A DNA stretch of 64,000 nt. It comes from Alphaproteobacteria bacterium. GTDB taxonomy: Bacteria > Pseudomonadota > Alphaproteobacteria > GM7ARS4 > G965262615. The DNA lies in contig OZ253545.1 of assembly GCA_965262615.1 (NCBI GenBank), positions 1,088,001 to 1,152,000 of the forward strand, given 5' to 3'. Under the pieces are notes generated by a model. The model was not told the origin of the DNA and did no database searches. It saw only the letters and a list, made by a program, of their open reading frames with translations. Position numbers and translations under genes: made by a program. Of this stretch, positions 20,557 through 30,622 are shown in pieces (the stretch's first letter is position 1; each line of letters opens with the position of its first letter).

Positions 20557-21824
20557 GATATCAAGCCATACACAATTCACGCTATGATTTTGAGGGACAA
20601 AATTATGGTGAGGAATGTTTTCCTCACCTGCATAAGTATCCAGCGGCTATGATTCCTCAGCTGGGAATTGAAATTCTAAAGGAGTTGGACATTACGGATG
20701 GCTCAATGCTAGACCCCTATTGTGGCTCTGGCTCTTCTTTTGCCAGTGGTATATCTCTTGGATTAAGAGATTTCACTGGTTTTGACTTAAACCCTTTAGC
20801 TGTGTTGATTAGCAGAGTGAGATTTACAAAATTGAGTGTCCGTCAATTGCAAGAGGCAGAAAGTGAAATAAAAAAACGGGCTTATTCAATCCTTGCTCAT
20901 CATGGTGAGGAAAAAAATACGGCTGTTTTGTTGTCTGATTTTGATTACTGGTTCAGTGAAGAAGTGGCACACAAATTAACTTTACTCAAAAATCTGATAG
21001 AAGACTTGGAAAATGACCAAGTCAAAAAATTTTTAATGCTGGCATTGTCCTTGACTGTGCGTGACTGCTCTTATGTCAGAAACAATGAATTCAAATTGTA
21101 TAGAATTAAAGAAGATGATTTATTGATTTTTAATCCAGATGTTGTCGGCGTGTTTTTCTCGCACCTGAAAAAATCAATTCACATCTATCAAAATTACTAC
21201 GAACCATTTCTTGATGATGTTGTTTTGTCGGTCAGCAGAGGCTCTTTTGTCGATCGTCATAAGCAATATGATGTTGTGCTCACCAGCCCCCCTTATGGTG
21301 ATAGCCGAACAACGGTTGCCTACGGTCAATTTTCAATATTCACCAATCAGTGGCTGCTAGGCTTTCAAAATGCAAGAGCAGTGGATAAAAAATTGATGGG
21401 CGGTGAGAATATTTCGCTGAAAACTCCTTTGGTTCAATTAAATTCTCTCATAGATGATTATATCGCTCATATTGCAACAGTGGACAATAAGAGAGCAAGA
21501 GAAATAAACAGCTTTTATTACGATTTAGCAGCTTCTATTGGCAAAGTGTCACATTCTGTTAAAACACATGGTAGGAGTATTTATGTTGTTGGTAATAGAA
21601 CAGTCAAAGGCATTAATCTTCCAACAGATCAATTTGTTGCCGAACAATTTGAAAAAAACGGATTTAACCACCTGATGACATACAAAAGAAGTATAAGCAA
21701 TAAGAGGATGCCTCATCTAAACTCACCGTCAAACAAAAGTGGTGTGAAAATGGCAACGATGAAAGATGAATTCATCATTGTTTGTGAAAAAACAATGGTG
21801 GGGCTAAAAAGGTATTTACATTGA
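20553..21824 (+). CDS. N4-cytosine DNA methyltransferase
   Basis: HKYPA, LDPYCGSGS (motif I) followed by TSPPY (motif IV); AT-rich. Confidence 0.85.
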   Translation: MRYQAIHNSRYDFEGQNYGEECFPHLHKYPAAMIPQLGIEILKELDITDGSMLDPYCGSGSSFASGISLGLRDFTGFDLNPLAVLISRVRFTKLSVRQLQEAESEIKKRAYSILAHHGEEKNTAVLLSDFDYWFSEEVAHKLTLLKNLIEDLENDQVKKFLMLALSLTVRDCSYVRNNEFKLYRIKEDDLLIFNPDVVGVFFSHLKKSIHIYQNYYEPFLDDVVLSVSRGSFVDRHKQYDVVLTSPPYGDSRTTVAYGQFSIFTNQWLLGFQNARAVDKKLMGGENISLKTPLVQLNSLIDDYIAHIATVDNKRAREINSFYYDLAASIGKVSHSVKTHGRSIYVVGNRTVKGINLPTDQFVAEQFEKNGFNHLMTYKRSISNKRMPHLNSPSNKSGVKMATMKDEFIIVCEKTMVGLKRYLH

Positions 21825-22186
21825 CGACTTCTTCAAACTCACTTGGTAGTGCATTCTGGGATGCTGTTCGCTTTAATGAGGCGGGCTTGATTCCTGTCAT
21901 TGCTCAAGAGGCTTCCTCAGGGCGCGTTCTCATGCAGGCGTGGATGAACAAAGAGGCATTGCAGCAAACCCTTGCCACTGGACTTGTCACCTACTGGTCA
22001 CGCAGTCGCCAGCAGTTGTGGCAAAAGGGCGAGACATCAGGACACACACAGCACCTCGTGTCGTGGCGGCTGGATTGTGACGGCGACTCAATTCTGCTCC
22101 AAGTCAAACAAGACGGCGTTGCCTGTCACACCGGGCGCATGAGCTGTTTTTACCGCACATGGAATGGCAAAGCGTGGCAAGAGTGA
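21821..22186 (+). CDS. hisI: phosphoribosyl-AMP cyclohydrolase
   Basis: YWSRSR, KGETSGH, DCDGD, ACHTG..SCF. Confidence 0.95.
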   Translation: MTTSSNSLGSAFWDAVRFNEAGLIPVIAQEASSGRVLMQAWMNKEALQQTLATGLVTYWSRSRQQLWQKGETSGHTQHLVSWRLDCDGDSILLQVKQDGVACHTGRMSCFYRTWNGKAWQE

Positions 22187-22192
22187 AGAGTC

Positions 22193-22744
22193 TTACTTAA
22201 TCAATTGAGAAACATCCTTAAAAGCTTCATCTTTGGCATCTTTAAGCCAGTCAAAAAGAATCATTTCCACCGTGAGAGGCATCGCCCCCAGCCGCGTCAT
22301 GTGAGCCATGGCAATGCGGTGACTCTCTTGTGTTCGCGACCCCATGCCGTCAGCAACAAAACCCACCTGCTTCCATGATGACAATTCCAGTGCATCGCGC
22401 ACCGTTTGCAACACGCAAATATGACTCTCAATGCCGCACACAACCAATTGGTCATAATTGTGAGCGCGAGTGTCTTCCATGAGTGCCTCCATAGCGGAAA
22501 AGCGAGTTTTTGTCAGACAGATGTGTTCATTAGTGAATTGATTTCTCAGCTGTTCCACGGTTTCTCCCAGTCCTTTGGGATATTGCTCCGACACCGCCAC
22601 CGCCACGCCCAATCGGCACGCCCCCTGATGCAATTGAATGATGCGCGTCAGCATGGCATGATGGTCATCAATCACGGGGAGCAACTTTTGTTGAATATCC
22701 ACCATCAGCAGGAGGCTTTTTTTTCTGTCAAAGTGGTGCGTCAT
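22193..22744 (-). CDS. isochorismatase-family hydrolase
   Basis: VDIQQKL, EQYPKGLG, K..FS, GIESHICVLQT; start 22744. Confidence 0.9.
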   Translation of the reverse strand: MTHHFDRKKSLLLMVDIQQKLLPVIDDHHAMLTRIIQLHQGACRLGVAVAVSEQYPKGLGETVEQLRNQFTNEHICLTKTRFSAMEALMEDTRAHNYDQLVVCGIESHICVLQTVRDALELSSWKQVGFVADGMGSRTQESHRIAMAHMTRLGAMPLTVEMILFDWLKDAKDEAFKDVSQLIK

Positions 22745-22754
22745 GGAATTCTTT

Positions 22755-23963
22755 ATGAAAGAAACGAAAAGCATTGGCAAGAGATTTGTCGTCAGCATTG
22801 CGTTGCTCGGTCTTTTGGTGACTTCTGCACATGGGGATGACACCATTGCCATTCGTCATTTGCAGCTCAATTTGCACAGTGAAGATACCCTGTCTTTGCG
22901 TCTTGTGAGCGATCGCCCCATTGATTACCGAACCTTTGTCTTGAGCGACCCTTACCGTTTGGTGTTTGATGGCATCAATGTTGAATGGGCGTTGCCGCAG
23001 TCATCTCCCACCACGGGCATTGGTTTTATATCTCGCTATCGCTTTGGCAAGTTCAACGATCGTCTTGGACGCTTGGTGCTTGATTCTGAGCAGCCCGTGA
23101 TTATCCGCTCCATTGCTCAGTATTTTGGCACTGATGACAAGGTGGTGGTGAGTCTCAACCTTGCATTGAGCGATGAGGCTGGTTTTGCTGAGCATCGCCT
23201 GAAGGGGGCGTTTGTGTCACGGGAGGGACTTTCCTTTGACCCAGCACCGCCTGTTGCGAAAAAAGAGCCACAAAAAACTGTTCAGCGCAATAAACCTCTC
23301 ATCGTCATTGATGCCGGACATGGCGGCGTGGATAGCGGCGCGATTGGTGTCAGTGGCTTGCAAGAAAAAGAAATTAACCTAGCCATGTCACTGCGCCTGG
23401 CACAGCTCATCAATGACAGCGGACGCGCCACCGCCATTTTGACTCGTGACGATGACCGCTTCATCTCTCTGACACACCGTCATCGTTTTGCCAGTCATAA
23501 AAAAGCCGACCTTTTTGTCTCCATTCACGCCGACAGCATTCACAAGCCTGCCATCAAAGGATTGTCCATTTATGGACTGTCCGACCAAGCCTCCGATGAG
23601 GTCGCTCTGCAGCTGGCTCAACGAGAAAACAAGTCTGACATTGTCGGCGGCATGGATATCAGTCGCAATTCGGAGGATGTCCAATATATTTTGATTGACC
23701 TTGTGCAAAAGCAATCCATGAAGAGATCCGATGTGATCGCGCAAAATATCATTAAAAATCTCAAGGGCAAGGTGGATTTATTAGAGCCTCCCCATCGTTT
23801 TGCCGGATTCGTGGTGCTTAAAGCTCCCGATGTCCCTTCTCTTTTGATTGAAATAGGATACTTGTCTAACCCGCAAGAAGAGCTTAAATTACGGGATGCC
23901 GACTACAGAGAATTTCTCGCTCAACAACTGGTATCCGCAATTTTGCAAAGCGTAACACAGTAA
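22755..23963 (+). CDS. amiC: N-acetylmuramoyl-L-alanine amidase
   Basis: AMIN-like N-terminus, IDAGHGG, SIHADS, PSLLIEIGYLSN. Confidence 0.9.
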   Translation: MKETKSIGKRFVVSIALLGLLVTSAHGDDTIAIRHLQLNLHSEDTLSLRLVSDRPIDYRTFVLSDPYRLVFDGINVEWALPQSSPTTGIGFISRYRFGKFNDRLGRLVLDSEQPVIIRSIAQYFGTDDKVVVSLNLALSDEAGFAEHRLKGAFVSREGLSFDPAPPVAKKEPQKTVQRNKPLIVIDAGHGGVDSGAIGVSGLQEKEINLAMSLRLAQLINDSGRATAILTRDDDRFISLTHRHRFASHKKADLFVSIHADSIHKPAIKGLSIYGLSDQASDEVALQLAQRENKSDIVGGMDISRNSEDVQYILIDLVQKQSMKRSDVIAQNIIKNLKGKVDLLEPPHRFAGFVVLKAPDVPSLLIEIGYLSNPQEELKLRDADYREFLAQQLVSAILQSVTQ

Positions 23964-24014
23964 CCTTGCGAGTTGGTTTAACTGAATTCTCAGCACAGAG
24001 AAAGGAGAAGAAAG

Positions 24015-24287
24015 ATGAGTAAAATAACATTCAAAGGTGGTATTGAAGTATTCAAATGCGGTATATTGTTATTCATAGCGTATAGTGTTTTTTTGATACG
24101 CGAAGAATTTGTGTGGATTGACGCTGACGACTTGACTGTAAAAGTGGTCAATGAATATCAAAAACCACTTCCTGTTGAGATTAGGGGTGTGACCACAGGC
24201 GTTACTCTTGCGGTTGATATTTGGGATAGTAATACTATTCCAGTAGAGGTTAGGAATACATTTCCTATCTGGGTGAGAGGTCGGTAA
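24015..24287 (+). CDS. small hypothetical membrane-anchored protein
   Basis: AAAGGAG Shine-Dalgarno upstream, one hydrophobic segment, AT-rich. Confidence 0.6.
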   Translation: MSKITFKGGIEVFKCGILLFIAYSVFLIREEFVWIDADDLTVKVVNEYQKPLPVEIRGVTTGVTLAVDIWDSNTIPVEVRNTFPIWVRGR

Positions 24288-24295
24288 GGAGCATC

Positions 24296-26854
24296 ATGAG
24301 TAATCACTTAAATCAATTGTTATTATCTCTGTCTCGCTGGATGCAACGGCGTGACAAACAACGCATGCTCATGGTCGGCGTATACATTGTGTTGGGATTG
24401 CCCGTGCTTGCCATGCTATCACTGGTGGTGATTTTATCGGTGTATCACTTTCAATTGCCCGCCATTGATGACATTCAAACCTATCAGCCCAAGACGGCAT
24501 CGCGCATCTATAGCACCGATGGCATTTTGATTGGCGAATATGCCGAGCATAAACGCGTCCATACGCCGTATGATCAAATTCCTCCTCATGTGATTAATGC
24601 CTTCATCGCCGCCGAAGATAAGAATTTTTGGCATCACGGCGGCATTGATCTCATGCGCCTTGGCATTGCCACCATCACCAATGTGAGACGGTGGCTCATG
24701 GGACAGCGTCTGCAGGGTGCGTCTACCATCACGCAACAGGTGGCTCGTAATTTGTATCTATCACGCGAGGTGAGCATGGATCGCAAGCTCAAAGAAATGG
24801 TGCTGGCAATGCGACTGGAGGGATTAATCAGCAAAGAGCGCATCATGGAGATTTATCTCAGTGAGATTTATCTGGGCGGACGCTCTTACGGAGTCGCCCA
24901 TGCGGCGCACAATTATTTCGGCAAACGCATGGATGACCTGCACATTCATGAATCCGCTCTGCTGGCGGGTCTGCCCAAAGCCCCCAGTTATTATAATCCA
25001 CGACGCTATCCGACACGCGCCCTGCAACGGCGCAACACCATTTTGGCACGGATGGCACACGATGGTCTCATCAGTGATGCCACCATGCGGGCGTATCAAT
25101 CATTGCCACTGGGGGTGCGAGATCGCAATGAACGAGCCGAAGGCGAGCCGGACTCCAATTATTTTGTGGAAGAAGCCCGATTGCAATTGATTGATATTGT
25201 GGGTGAAGAGCCTCTCTACACAGAGGGTTTGACCATTTACGCCACGCTGGACAGCCGTCTGCAAGACATTGCCGAGCGCGCCCTGCGAGATGGTTTGACT
25301 TCCTTTGATCAACGACAAGGCTGGCGCGGCGCACTGACCCGGTTGCCTTCTCTTGACCAATGGCAGACACAGCTTCAGCAAATCAAAAAACCACGAAGCA
25401 TTTACAATTGGCAACTGGCTGTGGTTCTGCAAACCAATGACCAAGAGGCAGGCATCGGCTTGAGCGATGGCTGTCATGGCAGCATCTCGTTGGATGATAT
25501 GCAGTGGGCGCGCCGTCCTCTCACCCAAGAAGAAGAACAAGTGGTTGCCGATAACAAATACGACCTCCCTCTTCTTAAAAAAGTCTCTACCGCTTTGAGT
25601 GTGGGTGATGTCATTCTTGTGGAAAAAGTCAAGGATGAGGAGTCGGATGCTCCACTTCAGCGAGAGGCGGATTGTCGTGAGTATCCTGAACGGTATGCGT
25701 TGCGTCAAATTCCGGAGATTGAAGGGGCGATTGTGGCGATGAATGTTCATAATGGGCGCATTGTGGCAATGAGCGGTGGCTATTCGTGGGATCGCAGTTT
25801 GTTCAATCGTGCCACCCAAGCATTGCGTCAGCCGGGGTCTTCTTTTAAGCCGTTTGTCTATCTTGCGGCACTGGACAATGGATTCACGCCCACCACTGAA
25901 GTGATTGATGCCCCCTTGGTGCTGGAACAAGGAGAAGATGAGGATTTTTGGCGTCCTGAAAATTATTCGGAGAAGTTTTACGGTCCCACCTTGCTGCGGC
26001 GAGGATTGGAACGCTCACGCAATTTAATCACCATTCGCTTGGCTCATTCCATCGGCATGACTCCCATCATGAACTATGCCAATTTACTGGGGGTCTTGCC
26101 TGAAGATGCCAAAGCAGAGTTGTCGGTGGCGATTGGCTCACGGGAGACCACCTTGCTGCAGCTGACCACCGCTTATGCCATGTTTGCCAATGGAGGGTTA
26201 CGCGTGAAGCCTGCCTTCATTGAGCGGATTCAAAAGAAGAGTGGCGACACCATCTATCGCCGTGATGAGCGTGATTGCGGGTCTTGTGTGGGGGGCGATT
26301 ATGACGGCATGTCACTGCCGCCGTTTCCTCAAGATGAGCGCGCTCGTGTGATTGAAGCTCCCCTTGCCTATCAGATGGTCTCCATGCTGGAGGGCGTTGT
26401 GGAGCGCGGCACCGGCAGGCGCGCCCGCATAGAAAATGTGTCTCTGGCGGGCAAGACGGGCACCACCAATGACCACAAAGATGTGTGGTTTATCGGCTTT
26501 ACGCCCGATGTGGCATTGGGGGTGTTTGTGGGATACGACCAGCCGCGCTCCATGGGGGTTCTTGCCAATGGCGCGACGGTGTCATCGCCGATTTTTAAGC
26601 AATTCATGTGGGAGGCGTTTGCGGAAGAAGGCACATCGTTGTTTCGCGTGCCTGAGGGGATTCATTTGGTGCGTATTAATCGCATCACGGGGATGCCTGT
26701 TCGCAGTGAGACCGATGAGAAATACGCCATATTTGAGGCTCTGCGCACCACCGACACCGAAGACCTCGCCGCCACCGTGGGCAGAGATGCCGCCTACGGC
26801 AGAGACCGTCTGCTGGGGCGAGATAAAACCAAGAAACTATTGGGACTCTACTGA
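24296..26854 (+). CDS. mrcA: penicillin-binding protein 1A
   Basis: EDKNF..HGG, GASTITQQ, SSFK, SRN, KTGT; amiC-mrcA-prfB order. Confidence 0.95.
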   Translation: MSNHLNQLLLSLSRWMQRRDKQRMLMVGVYIVLGLPVLAMLSLVVILSVYHFQLPAIDDIQTYQPKTASRIYSTDGILIGEYAEHKRVHTPYDQIPPHVINAFIAAEDKNFWHHGGIDLMRLGIATITNVRRWLMGQRLQGASTITQQVARNLYLSREVSMDRKLKEMVLAMRLEGLISKERIMEIYLSEIYLGGRSYGVAHAAHNYFGKRMDDLHIHESALLAGLPKAPSYYNPRRYPTRALQRRNTILARMAHDGLISDATMRAYQSLPLGVRDRNERAEGEPDSNYFVEEARLQLIDIVGEEPLYTEGLTIYATLDSRLQDIAERALRDGLTSFDQRQGWRGALTRLPSLDQWQTQLQQIKKPRSIYNWQLAVVLQTNDQEAGIGLSDGCHGSISLDDMQWARRPLTQEEEQVVADNKYDLPLLKKVSTALSVGDVILVEKVKDEESDAPLQREADCREYPERYALRQIPEIEGAIVAMNVHNGRIVAMSGGYSWDRSLFNRATQALRQPGSSFKPFVYLAALDNGFTPTTEVIDAPLVLEQGEDEDFWRPENYSEKFYGPTLLRRGLERSRNLITIRLAHSIGMTPIMNYANLLGVLPEDAKAELSVAIGSRETTLLQLTTAYAMFANGGLRVKPAFIERIQKKSGDTIYRRDERDCGSCVGGDYDGMSLPPFPQDERARVIEAPLAYQMVSMLEGVVERGTGRRARIENVSLAGKTGTTNDHKDVWFIGFTPDVALGVFVGYDQPRSMGVLANGATVSSPIFKQFMWEAFAEEGTSLFRVPEGIHLVRINRITGMPVRSETDEKYAIFEALRTTDTEDLAATVGRDAAYGRDRLLGRDKTKKLLGLY

Positions 26855-26863
26855 GAACACACC

Positions 26864-27989
26864 ATGTCCTCCCCCTCCCCTTCCCATGATGACCAAAACC
26901 TTGAGAGCGTCAAACGCGACATTCGTGATGCATTGGCGATGCTCGGGAGGCGTCTTTGACGAACGAGGCTTGGGCAAGCGTCTCGCCGAATTGGAAGAGC
27001 TCACCGCGCGAGATGATTTGTGGAATGACCAAGAAAACGCCTCTCGGTTGTTGCGAGAAAAAACCCGCCTTGAGGCGCAGCTGCAGCGTTTTGCCTCATG
27101 GGAGCAACGGTGGGAAGATGCTCTGACGCTGGAGCAGTTGGCGCAGCAGGAATCCGATGATGAGGTGTTGCGGGAGGTGGCGGAATCCTTGTTGCCGCTG
27201 CATGGCGAATTAATGCAGGCGCGGTTTTTGACCATGATGGAGGGCGAGGCTGACCATCGGGATTGTTTCGTTGAGATTCATGCGGGCTCCGGCGGCACAG
27301 AGGCACAAGACTGGGCGGAGATGTTGCTGCGCATGTATATGCGCTGGGCGAATCGCCGTGATTTTGCCTGTGATTTCATTGAGAACAATGCCGGACAAGA
27401 AGCCGGCATCAAATCGGCAACCATTCGCATTGATGGTGAGTATGCCTATGGCTGGCTGAAGCGGGAGTCGGGGGTTCATCGCTTGGTGCGGCTCTCGCCG
27501 TTTGATTCCGCCATGCGCCGTCATACCAGTTTTGCCTCAATCAAATGCTATCCGGTGATTGATGACTCCATTGATATTGTCATTGAGGATAAAGATTTAC
27601 GCATTGACACCTATCGCGCTTCGGGCGCGGGCGGACAGCATGTCAACAAAACCGACAGTGCGGTGCGGATTACCCATTTGCCCACATCGCTGGTGGTGCA
27701 GTGTCAAAATGATCGCTCGCAGCATCGCAACAAGGCGGCGGCGATGACCATGCTCAAAGCCAAACTGTTTGAGCTGGAACTGCAAAAGCGCGAATCAGAA
27801 AAACAAGCCGGCAGACAGGCGGAAAAGGACATCTCGTGGGGCAATCAAATTCGCTCCTATGTGCTCCATCCCTATCGCATGATCAAAGACCTGAGAACTC
27901 ACCACGAGAGCGGCAACACCGATGCGGTATTAGGTGGCGAAATTGATGCCTTCCTGCAGGCATCTCTTACCGCCCAGCTGGAGTCATGA
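26864..27989 (+). CDS. prfB: peptide chain release factor 2 (programmed +1 frameshift)
   Basis: ATG 26864 reads to CTT-TGA-C at 26954-26960; the +1 frame carries SPF and GGQ motifs. Confidence 0.96.
26945..26960 (+). promoter_or_regulatory. RF2 autoregulatory frameshift site
   Basis: GGGAGG-CGT-CTTTGAC: internal SD 3 nt before the slippery CTT TGA. Confidence 0.93.
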
Positions 27990-29315
27990 GGATAAATTGA
28001 TTTCATTCAAAACTTTTTGAGCTTCGGCATAACCTTGTTTGGCAGATTCCTTTAGCCATTTCAACGCTTCTTTAACATCCTGCGTTACACCCTCGCCTTT
28101 GAAATACACTCCACCCAGAAGATATTGAGCTTTGGCAAGACCTTGTTCAGCAGCTTTTTTGTACCAATTGAACGCCTCTTTTTGATCCTGTGCTACACCC
28201 TCGCCATCGAAATAAATCACACCTAGATTATACTGGGCTTCATCCAATCCTTGTTCAGCAGCTTTTTTAATCCACTTGACTGCTTCTTTTTGATTATGCG
28301 TCACAGCCTCGCCTTTGTGATACATCACACCTAGATTATATTGTGCTTCGGCATGACCTTGCCCAGCAGCTTTTTCAAACCACTTAACTGCTTCTTTTAT
28401 ATCCTGTGTCACACCCTCGCCATTGAAATAAGCCAAGCCTAGATTACATTGGGCTGGAACATGACCTTGCTGGACAGCTTTTTTATACCAATTGACTGCT
28501 TGGGTTGTATCTTTCGTAATACCATCGCCTTCATGATAAACCACACCAAGATTGTATTGGGCTTCGACAATACCTTGTTCAGCAGCTTTTTTGTACCAAT
28601 TGAACGCTTGGGCTTTATCCTGTGCCACACCCTTGCCATTGGTATAAAACACCCCTAGATTATATTGTGCTTCGGCAAGACCTTGTTCAGCAGCTTTTTC
28701 AAACCACTTGATTGCTTTTGTTTGATCTTGCGTCACACCATCGCCATTGGCATAAAACACCCCTAGATTACATTGGGACTCGGCATGACCTTGTTCAGCA
28801 GCTTTTTTGTACCATTTCGCCGCTTTTTTATAATCTTGCGTCACTCCTTCACCCTTGGCATACATGATACCAAGATTGCATTGGGCTTTGGCATAACCTC
28901 GTTGGGCAGCTTTTTCAAACCATTTGGCAGCTTCGTTGTAATTCTTAATAGAAACACATTCTAAACCGTAGTTGAAATACCCCTGTGGAGAGCCAAAAAA
29001 CAAACCCTCTATAAATAAAACCAAATTTTTAATGCCAGTAGGAATGTCAGCATCTATGTTATTTGTCATTAGTTGCAACAGTTTAATAATTTTGTGGGGA
29101 AATCTAGCAATGCCAAAGAGGACAATCGCAAAGATTCCCAATTCTACTAACAATTCTTCCAGCTTATTCACTATTAAGCCAAAAGCGAAAAGCAATACAC
29201 AGATGCCAACTGCCCCTACACAGAGACAAAGTAACATCGCAAGGGCTTTCTTCCAATTGCGAGGCGCGTACTCTTTGATGAATTCTAATATGATTTTCAA
29301 ATTAGAATCAGCCAT
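27984..29315 (-). CDS. Sel1-repeat protein with N-terminal transmembrane segments
   Basis: About 9 repeats of AQYNLG..Y..G.GV.QD...A..W..KAAEQG; two hydrophobic helices. Confidence 0.93.
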   Translation of the reverse strand: MADSNLKIILEFIKEYAPRNWKKALAMLLCLCVGAVGICVLLFAFGLIVNKLEELLVELGIFAIVLFGIARFPHKIIKLLQLMTNNIDADIPTGIKNLVLFIEGLFFGSPQGYFNYGLECVSIKNYNEAAKWFEKAAQRGYAKAQCNLGIMYAKGEGVTQDYKKAAKWYKKAAEQGHAESQCNLGVFYANGDGVTQDQTKAIKWFEKAAEQGLAEAQYNLGVFYTNGKGVAQDKAQAFNWYKKAAEQGIVEAQYNLGVVYHEGDGITKDTTQAVNWYKKAVQQGHVPAQCNLGLAYFNGEGVTQDIKEAVKWFEKAAGQGHAEAQYNLGVMYHKGEAVTHNQKEAVKWIKKAAEQGLDEAQYNLGVIYFDGEGVAQDQKEAFNWYKKAAEQGLAKAQYLLGGVYFKGEGVTQDVKEALKWLKESAKQGYAEAQKVLNEINLSS

Positions 29316-29360
29316 GCACTGGACATACCATACTTGCCCCCCCTCCGTCCATGTTTTTCA

Positions 29361-29431
29361 CAACACTGAGGCGATTAGGCGGCGACATTGACGAATTCCT
29401 GCAAGCATCACTCACTGAGCAGCTGAAGTAA
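29361..29431 (+). repeat. relic copy of prfB 3' end
   Basis: Reads NTEA-(2-nt deletion)-LGGDIDEFLQASLTEQLK* versus prfB NTDAVLGGEIDAFLQASLTAQLES*. Confidence 0.88.
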
Positions 29432-30583
29432 AGCTTCTTGGGCTGGAGCAAGTCCTTGCTCGGCAGCTTTTTGATACAATTCCATGGCTTTTTTCTTATT
29501 CTTTTCTAATCCCCCATAACCATCTTCATACATGAGACCAAGATTGAATTGTGCTTGGGCATACCCTTGATTGGCAGCTTGTTGCCACCAAAACACCGCT
29601 TTTTTTATATTCTCCTTCAATCCCCCCTCACCTTTGCCATACATCAGACCAAGAGAGGTTTGGGCTGAGGCAAATCCTTGCTCGGCAGCTTGTTGCCACC
29701 ATTCCACCGCTTTTTTCTTATTCACCTTCACCCCCAGCCCGTTGTAATACATTATACCAAGATTGTTTTGGGCTTGGGTATACTCTTGTTGGGCAGATTT
29801 TTGATACAATTTCAACGCTTCTTCCATATCCCGCTTCAATCCCCCTTCGCCGTTTTGATACATCACACCAAGGTTGTTTTGGGCTGGAGCAAATCCTTGG
29901 TCGGCAGATTTTTGATACAATTCCAACGCTTTTTCATCATCTTGCGTCACCCCATAACCGTTGGAATACATCACACCAAGATTGTATTGAGCTTCGGCAT
30001 GTTTTTGTTGGGCAGCTTTTTGATACCATTGCACCGCCTTTTCATAATCCTGCGTCACTCCATAACCGTTGGCATACATCACACCAAGATTGGATTGGGC
30101 TTCGGTATTCTCTTGCTCGGCAGCTTTTTGATACCAATACACCGCTTTTTCATAATCCTGCGTGACACCTATGCCATTTTCATACATCACACCAAGATTG
30201 TATTGAGCTTCGGCATGTTTTTGTTGGGCAGCTTTTTGATACCATTGCACCGCCTTTTCATCATCCTGTGTCACTCCCCAACCATTGTCATACATCACAC
30301 CAAGATTGTTTTGGGAATCGGCATGACCTTGTTCAGCAGATTTTTGCCACCATTGCACCGCCTCTTCATCATCCTGCGTCACCCCATCACCGTTGAGATA
30401 CATCCAACCAAGCTCTGCTTGAGATTCGGCATCCCCTTGTTTGGCAGATTGCAATATCTCATAGTGGGAGTCTGATAAGGCATCATTCGCCGCGCTCAAG
30501 GAAAAACATGTCATGACAATGGCGAACAAAAACGCCGTGCGACTCACACGCCCCGCCGAGATATTTGCTTTATGCCAATTCAT
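29408..30583 (-). CDS. Sel1-repeat protein with signal peptide
   Basis: About 9 Sel1 repeats; start MNWH at 30583 preferred because the upstream ATG lies inside the promoter motif. Confidence 0.93.
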   Translation of the reverse strand: MNWHKANISAGRVSRTAFLFAIVMTCFSLSAANDALSDSHYEILQSAKQGDAESQAELGWMYLNGDGVTQDDEEAVQWWQKSAEQGHADSQNNLGVMYDNGWGVTQDDEKAVQWYQKAAQQKHAEAQYNLGVMYENGIGVTQDYEKAVYWYQKAAEQENTEAQSNLGVMYANGYGVTQDYEKAVQWYQKAAQQKHAEAQYNLGVMYSNGYGVTQDDEKALELYQKSADQGFAPAQNNLGVMYQNGEGGLKRDMEEALKLYQKSAQQEYTQAQNNLGIMYYNGLGVKVNKKKAVEWWQQAAEQGFASAQTSLGLMYGKGEGGLKENIKKAVFWWQQAANQGYAQAQFNLGLMYEDGYGGLEKNKKKAMELYQKAAEQGLAPAQEALLQLLSE

Positions 30584-30622
30584 CCAATCACTATATCCCT
30601 CGTCCATGTTTTTGCAACACTG

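Noticed and set aside
26436-26956. Long N-terminal extension of the 517-aa RF2 ORF
   Set aside because: Artefact of the +1 frame staying open over the mrcA end; the real start is 26864 with the known frameshift, which is itself not novel.
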